Part shown: one piece after another, positions 35,196-47,700 of the stretch
Position numbering within the stretch: the first letter of the stretch is position 1
Layout of the letters: every line of letters begins with the position of its first letter
NCBI GenBank assembly: GCA_002633005.1
Contig: NMRA01000176.1
Location: forward strand, 198,988-262,987
DNA length: 64,000 nt
Direction: 5' to 3'
Origin: Phoronis australis
Taxonomy: Eukaryota > Animalia > Phoronida
Program-made: the position numbers and the translations under genes
Notes under the pieces: generated by a model
What the model was told of the DNA's origin: nothing
The model's input: only the letters and a program-made list of their open reading frames with translations
Databases searched by the model: none

Positions 35196-38100
35196 TTATT
35201 TCTTCTTAATGAGATTCTCTTCTCCCACAATTACCAGCAACATCTTCTTGTAGTCACCAGAGCAGTCATCCTGAAACAACATAGTGTTCACAGTACAGTC
35301 GGATGGACAGTAGACAATTGATATGGTGGATATTCTTCCACAACTAAATGTGTGGTTTCTGAGTAGTAACATTAGAATTGTTCACTAACGGCAGTCATCT
35401 GACTCAGTCTCTGTCCGTAGCTAGATTTGGACTTTTCCATCTTAGAACTAAGTGTGTGATCCCTAAGCTTATCTTATTGGTGGATTCATCAACTGCAATT
35501 AGACCAGTGTCTGGTTGATCTCCCCATATACAAAACTGCAAGAAGTGTACTTTGTATTCAGATATTAAGTTACTCCCTTATATGTGAGCAGTGATTTTAT
35601 CCAATGTTTTGCAGTAATTGGCAAAAAAGGCCTAATTCATAAAGGCACGATACTTCTTCATATACAATGCCAACCTATTAAGACTGCCAAGCATGGGATG
35701 GCTCTTTCATTCAATTAAACTACAAACTAAAAGTATTCAGATGACAAAACGGACAGGAATTCCCGTCATCACGGCTGGGCAGAAGCTTAACTAATCATCA
35801 GAGTAGTCTTCCCTCACGACCATAAATGAAGGGAAGTAACATCCGTCATGACCTTAGCCTTAGAAATATCAACTTACAGCAATGAACTGTCCAAGTGTCT
35901 GGTTGTAGCTAGTCTGAAACTCTTCCTTTATCTGTACCATATCAATCTCACATCGTGATATCACAATTCGACACAAGGTGTCATCGTCTGTTCCAAGTCC
36001 CTTCATAGTCTTGTACAGCTCGTGGGCAAAGTAACCTGCTTTGTTCTGCACACAGCGAACTGTAAGGGATAGCAACATTTTGAGCAATAGAGCATTTGAA
36101 TAAGGTTTCCTTAACACAAGCTTTACTACGGCAGCAGGTATAAACTCACCTTGCATCAGAGAAACTAACTTTTGCTGCTGTGAAACTGATTTCAGCTTGT
36201 TCTTTATTCAGGTGAGAGGAGATTTCTAACGTTGGAAAGGACTCTTTGTTATTGCCTGATACCACTGCCTCCGAATGAAATGAGTTTGTTCTCAACCAGC
36301 AAAGAACTTTAAGTTCTTCCCAAGCCAAGAAACAAGTTGAGACCAGTTTGTAATTGAGTTCTATCAAAAGTTTATTTTTTTGACATGGATGATGGGTTGA
36401 TAACATGATTAGACATCAAATCTCACCTTACTTTTGTTGGTGATTTCTTAAGCTTGTGAAATGTCATTTAAAAGGACGAGAGGTCAAACTTAGATCTACA
36501 TTTTGAGTTGTTCAAAATTTTGTGAGTGCAGTGGGACTGTAATGAAGGACCCTAAATACTTCAAAAACATTCTTGACGAAAACTGCAATTTTTCTGATAA
36601 CATATTTTTGCATATTATTATTTGGTAATTAATTTACTTTCACGGTTTCCTGAATGAAATCGTGGATACTTAATCTCAACTTGCGAGTAAAAGGTGTTTC
36701 TGGCATCTAAGAAAAAGGATACACTACAAAATTAAGTCAAATCAGGGTTCATGTGGACGTACCTATGGCAACCATGCCAGTCTTGAGGTCACCAGACATT
36801 TCGCTCTTAATGGCCTCTTCAATGTTTTTCTTGGACAGTTTCTGGTACTCCTCAAACACTGCTCGCAGGTGAGGATAACTCCTCGACACCAAGATCACAT
36901 TGAATCTATGGAAAAAAAAACCCGACTCACAGATGACGGATCAACTGTACAACTCACGGGTGAAGAAGTTGGGTTGAGTACCAATATTTGAAAATTTGTA
37001 CAATATGTATACCAATACTGCCAATTTGATACGGTCGTTTGACACCCATCAAGTTCACTAAAATCAACTGACAAATGGTTGAGTGTAACATGATGACCTT
37101 GTAAAATGCTGTGTAACAACAATGTTCACATGATTAGCTACAACATTTATCAAAACTGAAAGTGTCAATTCTAAAACAAATCCATCAATTTCATATAAAG
37201 AGGAGGCAAAATATGATCATGCTTTAGATCATCCGGTCATATTTCTCCCAGTCACACTAGATGTACTCGCATTTCCTTTAAGAGTTGTATTTAAACACGC
37301 TATTAAAATGACAATTAGAGGTTAAACTTCCCATTAGGCGCATGTAAACCAGAGTTTAAATGCTAGTAACTGCAACCAGGGCTGTGTACTGTAGACCCAA
37401 CACATAAGTCATGCCCTTGCGATGAAAAATCTTCAGTTATGGAATGCAAACATTGAATTCTAACCCATAATTCATGTATTATATCCCATAATTCAACATT
37501 ACAGCCTCACTGACTAATCACGTCTGATCAGTGGCAGCCATTTTGTTCGGTTATGCTAGTAAGCTCTCAAGCATACGTGTGCAAAACACTCGCCTTTCAC
37601 TCACGTGACTTTACGTGATCTTTATGGCATGAAACATGGGTCTACGAATTGCACCCCTACGACATTTCAGATCCCCACAAAATGCTTCCCAGAGATGTAA
37701 TGACTGCACATGATCCTTGTGTGCCACCACCAAGAGAATTGGATTAACAAACACTTCACACAACTCAAGGAGAAGGTGACTTCTCACTCAATTAGCAAAA
37801 AAAGTTATGATTGATTACCTCGACTCATCAGTTCCCCAAGATTTCTCGCCCGCATCAAACAATGCCTGGGCATCCTGCTGTGCCTTGGTTCTGTCAAACT
37901 CTTGGTTTTCATCACGGTTAGCTTGCAGTAGAGCCACCAGGAGGCGCTTGTAGTGTCCAGATGTCTCCGATGTAATGGCTTCCTCTAGATCCTTGCTGAA
38001 CACTATTAAGAGGGACGAAAAAAATTTTAAATAATCAAATACGTAACTATTTCCAAACCTTTTGTAAAGAACTGGGTGGCATGAAAGTTCAAGTTATCAT

Positions 38101-41100
38101 CTCCCATGGATCATACCAACAACATACAAATTAACCACTATCAATGTGTAATTTTTCTAAACTGAAATGCAGGAAGTCTGTCCAATTACATTTATATGAC
38201 ACAGAAACTTTTTTCGCGTCCCACCCAGGATCTGGGTATCAAATCATAGTTATGTAAAGACAATGACGAATTGCGATATGCACTATAGTTTGATAAGATT
38301 CTTGTACTCAATGTGGGGCAATGGTGTGACAAGAGTCCAACAAGATTTGCCTGAATGTGACACCTGGTGAATTTCTAGTGACGTACTTTTTGACAAAACA
38401 ATTCATTGACAAAAATTGTACTCCACAATAAACACAACTTTGAAAGTACAGCAGTTGTCATCAAACATCATTTCTGAGTAAAGCAGAAAGCCATACCAAA
38501 TGTCATTCGGCAATAGCTATCGTGCAAACCAAGCAAAGTAAATTTTCATGAAAAGATACTTTAATTTGTTGATAAATTTGACCAAAAAACGAAATTTCAC
38601 TTGGCCACCATGTTGTGTCCCAAACTGAGGAATTTTTAACATTAGTAAATATTGAAAGAAAACAATTTCCACATTTTTGATTTTGGCCCCAAATTGAAAA
38701 ACTTTTACCACACATGTCATTCACGAAAGACAGAACGTACATTTCTTGTAGGACGCCTTGATCTGCTCCAGCTGAGCATTTGTCCTGGTACACAGTATCT
38801 CTATCAACACTTGTTCGTCTGTTCCAGCACCCTGGAAAACAATACAGCAGATCAGTATTATAATAAATGTCATTAACATGGTAGTAAAATTATCATTGTT
38901 TTTATTACCATAATTGAATGACTCACATGAAAGTATCCAATGTCTCAAACTGAGAGTGAAAGAAACGGCAGTGCATCCATATCAACCTAGCCCATCTTCA
39001 ACAGTGAGAAATTGGACCAAAGGGAAACACTCTTTCATGCTCTCACAACACTAAAGAGTTATAGGCTGACTGTTTCCCATTAAATTGGAACTTGTATAAT
39101 AATTCCTTACCTCTGTGATTGCTTAGTCAAATTAATTAGAAACAAAAGACATAGCTGCAATGTGAATATGAAGTGGGTTGAAAATTGCCTAATGTTTTTA
39201 AGAACAGTTTTGTATTGAAAATGTTCCACGACTGTAAATCACTCAACCATGTCTAGTAGGTATCGTGACATGGCTATGTGACCCCTCAAGGCAAGCCATT
39301 AGTGAAAAGGCCACTTATTTGCAGAATTTCTTGATTCCTTAATTTACAAGTTGTCAATGAATACACTGCAGTTTGTTTTGCCTAGATGATGTTTAAATAG
39401 TATTGTCATTTAGTTCCTGCTATACATTAGCATAGTTAGGAGCGTGCAAATACATGTTTAAGACAATATCATGCATGCACAGAGGAGTTTCTGGTCCAAC
39501 CCTTCAAAAACAGACAGCAGACAATGGTCATCTTGCTGTGGCAGCAACTTTCTCCAGCTCACAACTGTCATGTAAACAGTCAACGAAAAAATACACCCTT
39601 CATTTGAACACAGAAACACACACTTGATATGTGAACACAGGAAATACACCACAACAAAGTGGGCAGACTCTTGAAGGCTACTTAGCTAATCCTCCAAGAT
39701 TACATTACACACGACAGTCACACTACAAATCAATCTCACTCTCCATCTCAAAAATCACATGGCATGCAATATGGCCCTAACCACTAAGTTGACAATTTTC
39801 AGGGGTGTCGAGCTCACTCGGTCCCGCCTCACCTTTTGCCACAACCCTGAGCCCTTACCTTCATAGCCTTGTGCAACTCATTAGCATCAAAGTCGGCTGG
39901 CTGCATGCAGAATCCGAGACAGAGAGTCAGAAAATGGCTACTCAGCTCACTCTTGAGTTCCTTCATGAGATCCTGTTGACACAAATAGGATATGGATTCA
40001 ATGAAATATCAATAAAAGATTCGATGACAATAAGGTGCACTAGTCTTCATAAACAAGTTCACAAAATTTCTTCTCAGGAAAAATCAGTGAATTAAGCAAA
40101 AATGTCCACCTAATGCAAAACTGGTTTCGACATATTTTTGACCAGTTTCCCTTTGAATGTTTTCAAACAGCTCAAATTCAAAATGGCGCAATTTTATGGA
40201 GTCAGGCAAAACCTTCACCATGTAAGCCAATGCGCCACAAAAAATGTTAGTTCAGAAGCTTTAAAATACCACACATCCCAACATATGCTACACACAGTAG
40301 GACAAATCCAGCCACTTTCCCAAAAGTCCATCCGTTACATATTAGTAAATTTGCCCATCTTTTTCATTGCATATGTTACGGTTAAGCAGAACCCTACAAC
40401 GTTCAAATTGGTCAAACTTCCAAACATATCTCAGACATGGCTTACAAGATTCAAAGGAAACTATCAGATACTATGCACTGTTCCTCAAAACGCTGTTAGA
40501 AATTATTGCTTATTGATAACTTTATGCAAGTGTGGTTATTAAAAATAAGACTAGTGTGATTTTTATGAAGAAAACAATCATTGAAGATGCCACTTTTTGC
40601 AACTGATGTAGTTGTCTTTTGTGCCAAATTTTAGTAAAAAGACTGATGGTCACATGACCTACTCCATGGTACAGTTACAAGTTTGCTTACTTTTAGAAAG
40701 TTAGTGCTTGAGTATATGCAAAAATGATTCTGACATTTGGCTTATTTCTGTTTCCAACAGCAGATATATGGCGCAAGATAATGGGTCTATTGTGTTGCGT
40801 CCAGGGCAGAACTAACAAAATGGGGTACTGATATGGATTACTTTTTATACAATAGGCAGGAGCTATTTACAACCTTTTTATAGCCTGTGATTGAGGCTAT
40901 TACCCACCCGACTACAAGTCAATTAGAAAGATAAAACCAGCTTCAGTGTGACCATTTCTCTTGGTGCGTTCACACTGGTTTAGATAACAAGCAGACTTCA
41001 TAACACTCCATAGATAATTGAGATAGGTACGTGCAGTAAATCAAGATATGTTCCCACCAAACTTGCTTAGCTACTGAAATAAATATCGGAGGAGAATATG

Positions 41101-44100
41101 ACCACAGAAGTTGCAAGTGTATGTACCACACAAAATATAAGGTTAGAGTCTCTGAATAGGCCAAACATCTTAAGAAAATGAGCGACCAATTACCAAGTAT
41201 ATTGCTCTGTCATAAAGTGATTTGGTTAGTTTCTTTACACACTGCTGCAGCTCTCATTTTCAGTATGATTGACATGAAATTTCTACACAACATGTATCTT
41301 GTGAATAGCTCAAGCATTACTGTTTCTGGGTGGAATCATACACCAGAAGGTGCTGTGATGGCCATTATTATTATGTGAATGGATCTCTTCAAGAGCCATC
41401 TTGAGTGCACGTAGCATCAGGCATTTTTCACAACAAAAATTGTTTATTGATTGATTTCTTGTTCCGCAGTATCCTTTGGTGGATCACTCTGAAACTTGGT
41501 GAAGAATAGATCTCGTCAAGAGCTATAACATGTGTATCATTTACACACTTACGATGCTTGCTAAGAATGTTACAGATGTGGCGTAAACTTTTCAATACTA
41601 TATTTGAAAGTACTAGCAATCTTAGAAGCCAGTCAACCAGTCAATTTGCCTTAAGCTGGTTGGTTGAAGTGTCACTGCAGTGTTCTTTTCATGAAGAGAG
41701 CCTCCTAGATCTTTCTCGAATGATCACTGTTGATGGCAAGACAACAAGTTTTGATAAAATTCATTGTTTCTTATTTCCACAACCAGAAATGCTAGGTCCA
41801 ATAGATTTGGAAGATGGCTGCCAAGGTACTAAATGCTGGTTGTGAAAATAAGAAACAATCAATTTGTACTCTACCAACCTGATGGAATTATTTAGTGACA
41901 GCAGGTTTTGATGCTAGCCGTCTGTGCTGACCAGTTGCTTAATGCAGTGTACTCCCTAGGACTGTTCGCCCAAAACACCTCAAGGAATGCTAACAGTTAT
42001 TTAGAAACCTGCCTGGACTGACCTGCTATAAAGTGCTTACCTTTCCAAACATGGTCTTGAATGTCTTGACAATCTCAACTCTCTGGGTACACGATCGCCG
42101 TGCCAACACATCAATAATCGCTTGCTCGTTAGTTCCTACAAAATCAAGAATTATTGTTGACATCAGTGCAACAGGCAGTGACGTCCAGTGGGATTTGAAC
42201 CTATGACCTTGTGAAAAGGAGGGAGACACTCACCCTGCTAGGCGACACTTACTCCTCAGTTCATACAGTACCTAGCTTATAGTTTCCTCATAATTTGAAC
42301 AAGGACCGAACTAAAACGCTAACGTTTCTTAACTTACAAATGTTATAACTAAAAGCTGAAAGCTGCAATGTAAAATGTAGGCCTAAATACAAAAAACATT
42401 TCTGATTCGGATTATGAAAACATCTAAAAAATCTACTTTGTTCCACTAAAAGGAAACTTTACTTTTAGTAGGAAAACTGAACATTGTTCAGATTTTGGTG
42501 CATCCAGATTGCCAGATACCGACAAAACTCCACATCAAATTTTGAATTTTGTTTGCGAAATACATACACCTTTTTAGTGGTTTTAAAAAATCATTTAATG
42601 TATTTTTGTTGATACCACACTAAAAACTAATGCCTAACAGATAACAGAATTATATTTTACTTGCCTACCTACATGTAGTTTTTGAAAGAAGTTGAAAATA
42701 TTTTTGGTTAAAATTAGTGTTGTTTTCTGTCCGATTTTCTTCTGAGTTTTCGCATGAACTTTGATAAGACCAAATTTCAAAAGCATTTTTAAAGTACTGT
42801 ATCCACCTCAGGGGAATGGCTTTTGTCTTCTGCCATTTTGCATATTCTGAACTGAGCAGGAATAGAATGTGACACAATATTGAATGTGACACAATATTGA
42901 ATATGTGACACAATATTGAATGTGACACAATTATACTGAATGTGACACAATATTGAATATGACACAATATTGAATGTGACACAATATTGAATGTGACACA
43001 ATATTGAATGTGACACAATTATACTGAATGTGACACAATATTGAATGTGACACAATATTGAATATGTGACACAATATTGAATGTGACACAATATTCAATG
43101 TGACACAATATTGAATGTGGCACAATATAGAATGTGACACAATTATACTGAATGTGACACAATATTGAATGTGACACAATATTGAATGTGACACAATATA
43201 GAATGTGACACAATTATACTGAATGTGACACAATATTGAATGTGGCACAATATTGAATGTGACACAATATTGAATGTGACACAACATAGAATGTGACACA
43301 ATATTGAATATGTGACACAATATAGAATGTGACACAATATTGAATGTGGCACAATATTGAATGTGTCACAATATTGAATGTGTCACAATATAGAATGTGA
43401 CACAATATTGAATGTGACACAATATTGAATGTGACACAATATTGAATGTGACACAATTTAGAATGTGACACAATATAGAATGTGACACAATATTGAATGT
43501 GGCACAATATAGAATGTGACACAATATTGAATGTGACACAATATTGAATGTGACACAATATTGAATGTGACACAATATTGAATGTGACACAATATTGAAT
43601 GTGACACAATATTGAATGTGACACAATATTGAATGTGACACAATATTGAATGTGACACAATATTGAATGTGACACAATATTGAATGTGACACAATATTGA
43701 ATGTGGCACAATATAGAATGTGACACAATATTGAATGTGACACAATATTGAATGTGACACAATATTGAATGTGGCACAATATAGAATGTGACACAATATT
43801 GAATGTGACACAATATTGAATGTGACACAATATAGAATGTGACACAATATTGATTGTTTCTGGTAACCGACACAAGTGATTTCTTACAAAGTTTATGCTC
43901 TATCTACGCCTCGTACATAAAGCCTTTGATAAAATAGGACTTAGGCTGCAGGATAAACTTGAAAGTGCGTGTTTGGCATTTACGTTAATTTCAATCTGGT
44001 CTGTACTTACCAAATCCTTTCATAGCCTTTCTCAGAGCCTCAGCATCAGCTTCACTATTGAATCCACCAAATGGCTTCACTGTCCCCTCACACTGTGGGT

Positions 44101-44742
44101 AAAATAAATAAAATATATGTATTATTAATAATTATTGTCAATTTAATATCAATTAAAAAAATTCACTGTTCTTGTCTGTTTACTATGTAGCATGACTGAA
44201 ACTAGATCAATTTGCAACATACGGAAAAAATTCTCCAGTCTCCAGTTTTGGAGAGTGGAAAAAGTATTATAATTGTATTCAAGGTCGCACCTTGTATAAT
44301 GCATAAAAATTATAAATAGGCAATATTGGCCATCTCAAATTCACAAATTACAAGAAAGGCAGGTAAATTACCCAATCCAATTTTATTCCAAACAACATAT
44401 TGCCAATAGTCATGACAACTGACAGACATTGCATGCAAGAACTAGCTGCTCTGTTGGTTGTCATAATAAAACTGAAAACATTTCATGAATCTCCAAGGCA
44501 ACTGAAACACTGAGGAAAAGCTGAGCTCACAGATGTGTTGCAATGTTATTGAATCCATTCTAATGAGCAAAGTTGCATTTGTCAAATACTCGTAAACAAA
44601 ATTTGAGGAGTGCAACACTATATGGTCAAGAAATGACTGGGTATTTTTGGTGTTTTAAAAAACACTAGTTAACTTTCTTCTGCTTCTGAAATTTCAAGTT
44701 CAATTTGTTTAAGACACTGACCTGTGCAGTTGCGGAGGCCAT
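35196..44742 (-). CDS. Annexin, short isoform of about 328 aa from an internal ATG exon, with a four-repeat core
   Basis: Exon 44742-44722 (GCC-ATG-G context, MASATAQ|GTCAGT, phase 0) joins 44092. Repeats contain MKGFGTNE..KSEL, MKGAGTDE..TSET, GEKSWGTDE..KSEM and MKGLGTDD..ADDC. The core itself is unambiguous; the start exon is a prediction. Confidence 0.88.
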
Positions 44743-47700
44743 GGCTCAGACAGCAGGCCGAAAATGGTCACAACACACAAACAGCTTGACTAACATACAA
44801 AAGCCCACTCAGACACAGCAACACATTTATAACAGTGTGTGGCAAAGTAGCTAGGTCACTGTCACACAGAGATGCATACAACAAAAGGTCATGAGCACAG
44901 GGTCAGGAACTACATCAAAAGGTCATGAACCCAGGGTCATGGGTAAAGAGAAGTGTGGAAGACACACCCACCCACTACTTATATGTTTACTACTTTACTG
45001 TAAAGTCATGGGATTTTGAGAGGTACAAAGTGCAAGGAATTTGAGAGTATCACCTGTAACGCTGGTTATTTTTTTGTCAAATTACTCTTTGTTTTCTAGT
45101 AAATTGCAATCCAACCAATTTGCACCAACTTTTATTAAAAATGTTTTGGATGTAACACAATGTAAAGTGGTTTAAAATGTTCAAGTTAACTCACAGCTTC
45201 AAATACTAAAAACCTGCTCATCAGCTAGTCAGAATAAAGCTGTAATATGCCTACATTTTGTTAATTAAAAAAGACAACCTTTGGAAAAATAGAAAAACTT
45301 ACTACCAAGGTTGATGAATTTGATGTATATTAACTCAGTAGAACTTTGTTAAGTATGATAATCAACTAAGAGTCAATCAATGATCTAGACAGGAAAAGCT
45401 ATAAAGATGCAACAAAAATTGCATGTAAGGTGTAGGATTGTACCAAATACGAAATGCATGTGTTCTGAAGTCTCAATTGCCTAACCCTATCCCTAAACCC
45501 AACCCCAACCCTACCGTTAACCCCAACCTTAACTTTAATCCCAAGCTAGTCTCAAAAGGTACAATCCTGCGGCTAATAAAACTGCTGAGACAGAAAAACA
45601 TGAACAGAACAATTGTGACATCAACATCAAGTCAGAAACTTGCAGACAAACAAACTGCAACCTCCCAGACATACAACTATATAAAGATGGCAAACTAGGT
45701 GAATAAATCTACAAAAATTACATTTGGCTGACGTAAAGACAACAAGAAGTCTTCTAGTCATGACAGACATGTGGTAGTTCTGCAGTTATGAATAAAATGG
45801 GTGCTAAAATTGTCATTTTTTAAGTTTTCAAAAAGACTGAATACAGTGCTATTAGTTATAAAAAATACCAAGATTAAGTTGTTCTGAAACAAAAGAAGCT
45901 CAATTTTTGCGATGTAGAATTTCATTTTAATTTTTGTAGTGAAAATTTCATAACAAAAAGTCAAACCTCTCCCCGCGTATGCTGTTAGGAATTAGACGAA
46001 CGTGTAGATGAAAAGCCATTCCTACAGCCCTCTCATGCTCACCTCATACTCTTCCATCTCAAAGAAAGGTTCCGGGTCTTTTGGTCCCTCAACAACAGGC
46101 TTCTTCTTAGCAGGGGCGGATGCAGGTTTCTTCTGAGGGGGAGGTGGCGGTGCCGCACTCGTTGTTGAAGGCGGAGGTGTCTTCTTCGGTTTGGCTGGAA
46201 GAAACCCAGAGCATTTTGAGTATTACGGTAATTATCTACTTACTGTATTTTGAACAAAAATAATTGCCAAAGTTGTCATTTTCCATTTTTCTAAGGTTCA
46301 TTATCTTGATGTAAGTAATGAGAGCTTCACCAAGCTTTATTTTTGAGGAAAGAAAATTTAAATTTCACTTGCTTGTCATATTGAGAGCTAAATAGTTGAA
46401 AAGTAACTGTGATTAAAAATAATCTCTCCTAGAGTACACAAAAAGATAGAAAAGTACATGAATTATAACAGACAAATATGTAGCAATTTTAGACAGACGT
46501 TTTCTCTCATTAACGTTTGCAAAGGGAGCAATGACAGACTGAAATGGATAACTGCACATCAAAGGTACAATGTCTCTGAATATATGCATCAAGCAGGTGA
46601 GTGCAGCTGGTTTTCTTCACAACATTGAATGTACTCTGTACGTCAAGTCATCAATCAAGGCTTCATTTTTGCATCATTTGATGCAATTAAGCTGAAGAAG
46701 GCACATATTGAGTTGATTGGTACGTTTTCGTATAAAACAAAAGAAGTGAAAATCATCCACTAATTTGTGTCATCTTCCATATTTTTCAGTAATCAAAGTG
46801 TAAAAAGATTCTTCTCTTTTATCAAAATTTACTTTGAGTTTCATTCTGTGCTATTACAACAATGGACTCGGGTTACACGGAACCCAAAATTTTTGGAACG
46901 TGGGTCCCCTAAACCCCAATGTTTGGAAAATTTTTGTAGGTCAAACATTGTGTTGTCCCATACGTTTGTCGGTGTTTTTCATTAAATATTGTTTTGTGCA
47001 TCTGGGAAGGATGTTTATCACTGGAATAATTTAAGAATTCCAAGACAGATGTTGTGTTAATTAGTTGGTTGAATTTTCATTCATTACAAAACATCATTCA
47101 TTACATCACAATCCATCAAACAAACACAAACTACACTCATTAGTTCACTCCAACATCTTAAACTGTAACTCGGTAGTAATTATTTTTCAATAAAGTTCCA
47201 GGGTTTAAAAGACCAAAGTGTCCAAACTTGTTATGAAAGCAAAAGGTCTCAACGGCAAAACTTAATTGTTAGACAAGTGAACACAAAAACATCTGTGAGT
47301 GTCATTAGTCTAAAAGCTGCCACGTTAATTTTATTCAGTGTCTGTTTCATGAAAGAAGACTTTATAAGACTTAAGACAGAAATTTGGTCTTACGCTACCA
47401 CTTGACAGTTACTGAATAAAGGTTAAGACAATGTATTATATAGCACATCCCAACCTCAAAAAAATTCATCTGAATTATCTTAGAAACAAGCAATCAAACG
47501 TGACGTACTCCCACAGAGACGTTGTGTTTTTCCACAAGTGACATTTAATTTACAAATATCTGTGGAGCATAAGACCAAACCCTTGATTAAAAATTCAATA
47601 CGCAGTCACTTTTCATCAAAACAGACCCCAATTCGCTTAGTATCAAATTTGCGGAAATGAAAAAAGTATGTCTATGCATAGAATTCTATGTTAATGATGC

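Noticed and set aside
42665-43875. Cys/His-rich ORFs (CHIQYCVTFNIVSHSIL repeats) resembling zinc fingers, or a CRISPR-like array
   Set aside because: They are translations of a 17-bp satellite in all frames. There are no unique spacers and no cas genes, and the context is a eukaryotic intron.
45480-45543. Interstitial telomere
   Set aside because: Short, degenerate, and enclosed by inverted termini, so more simply part of a MITE.
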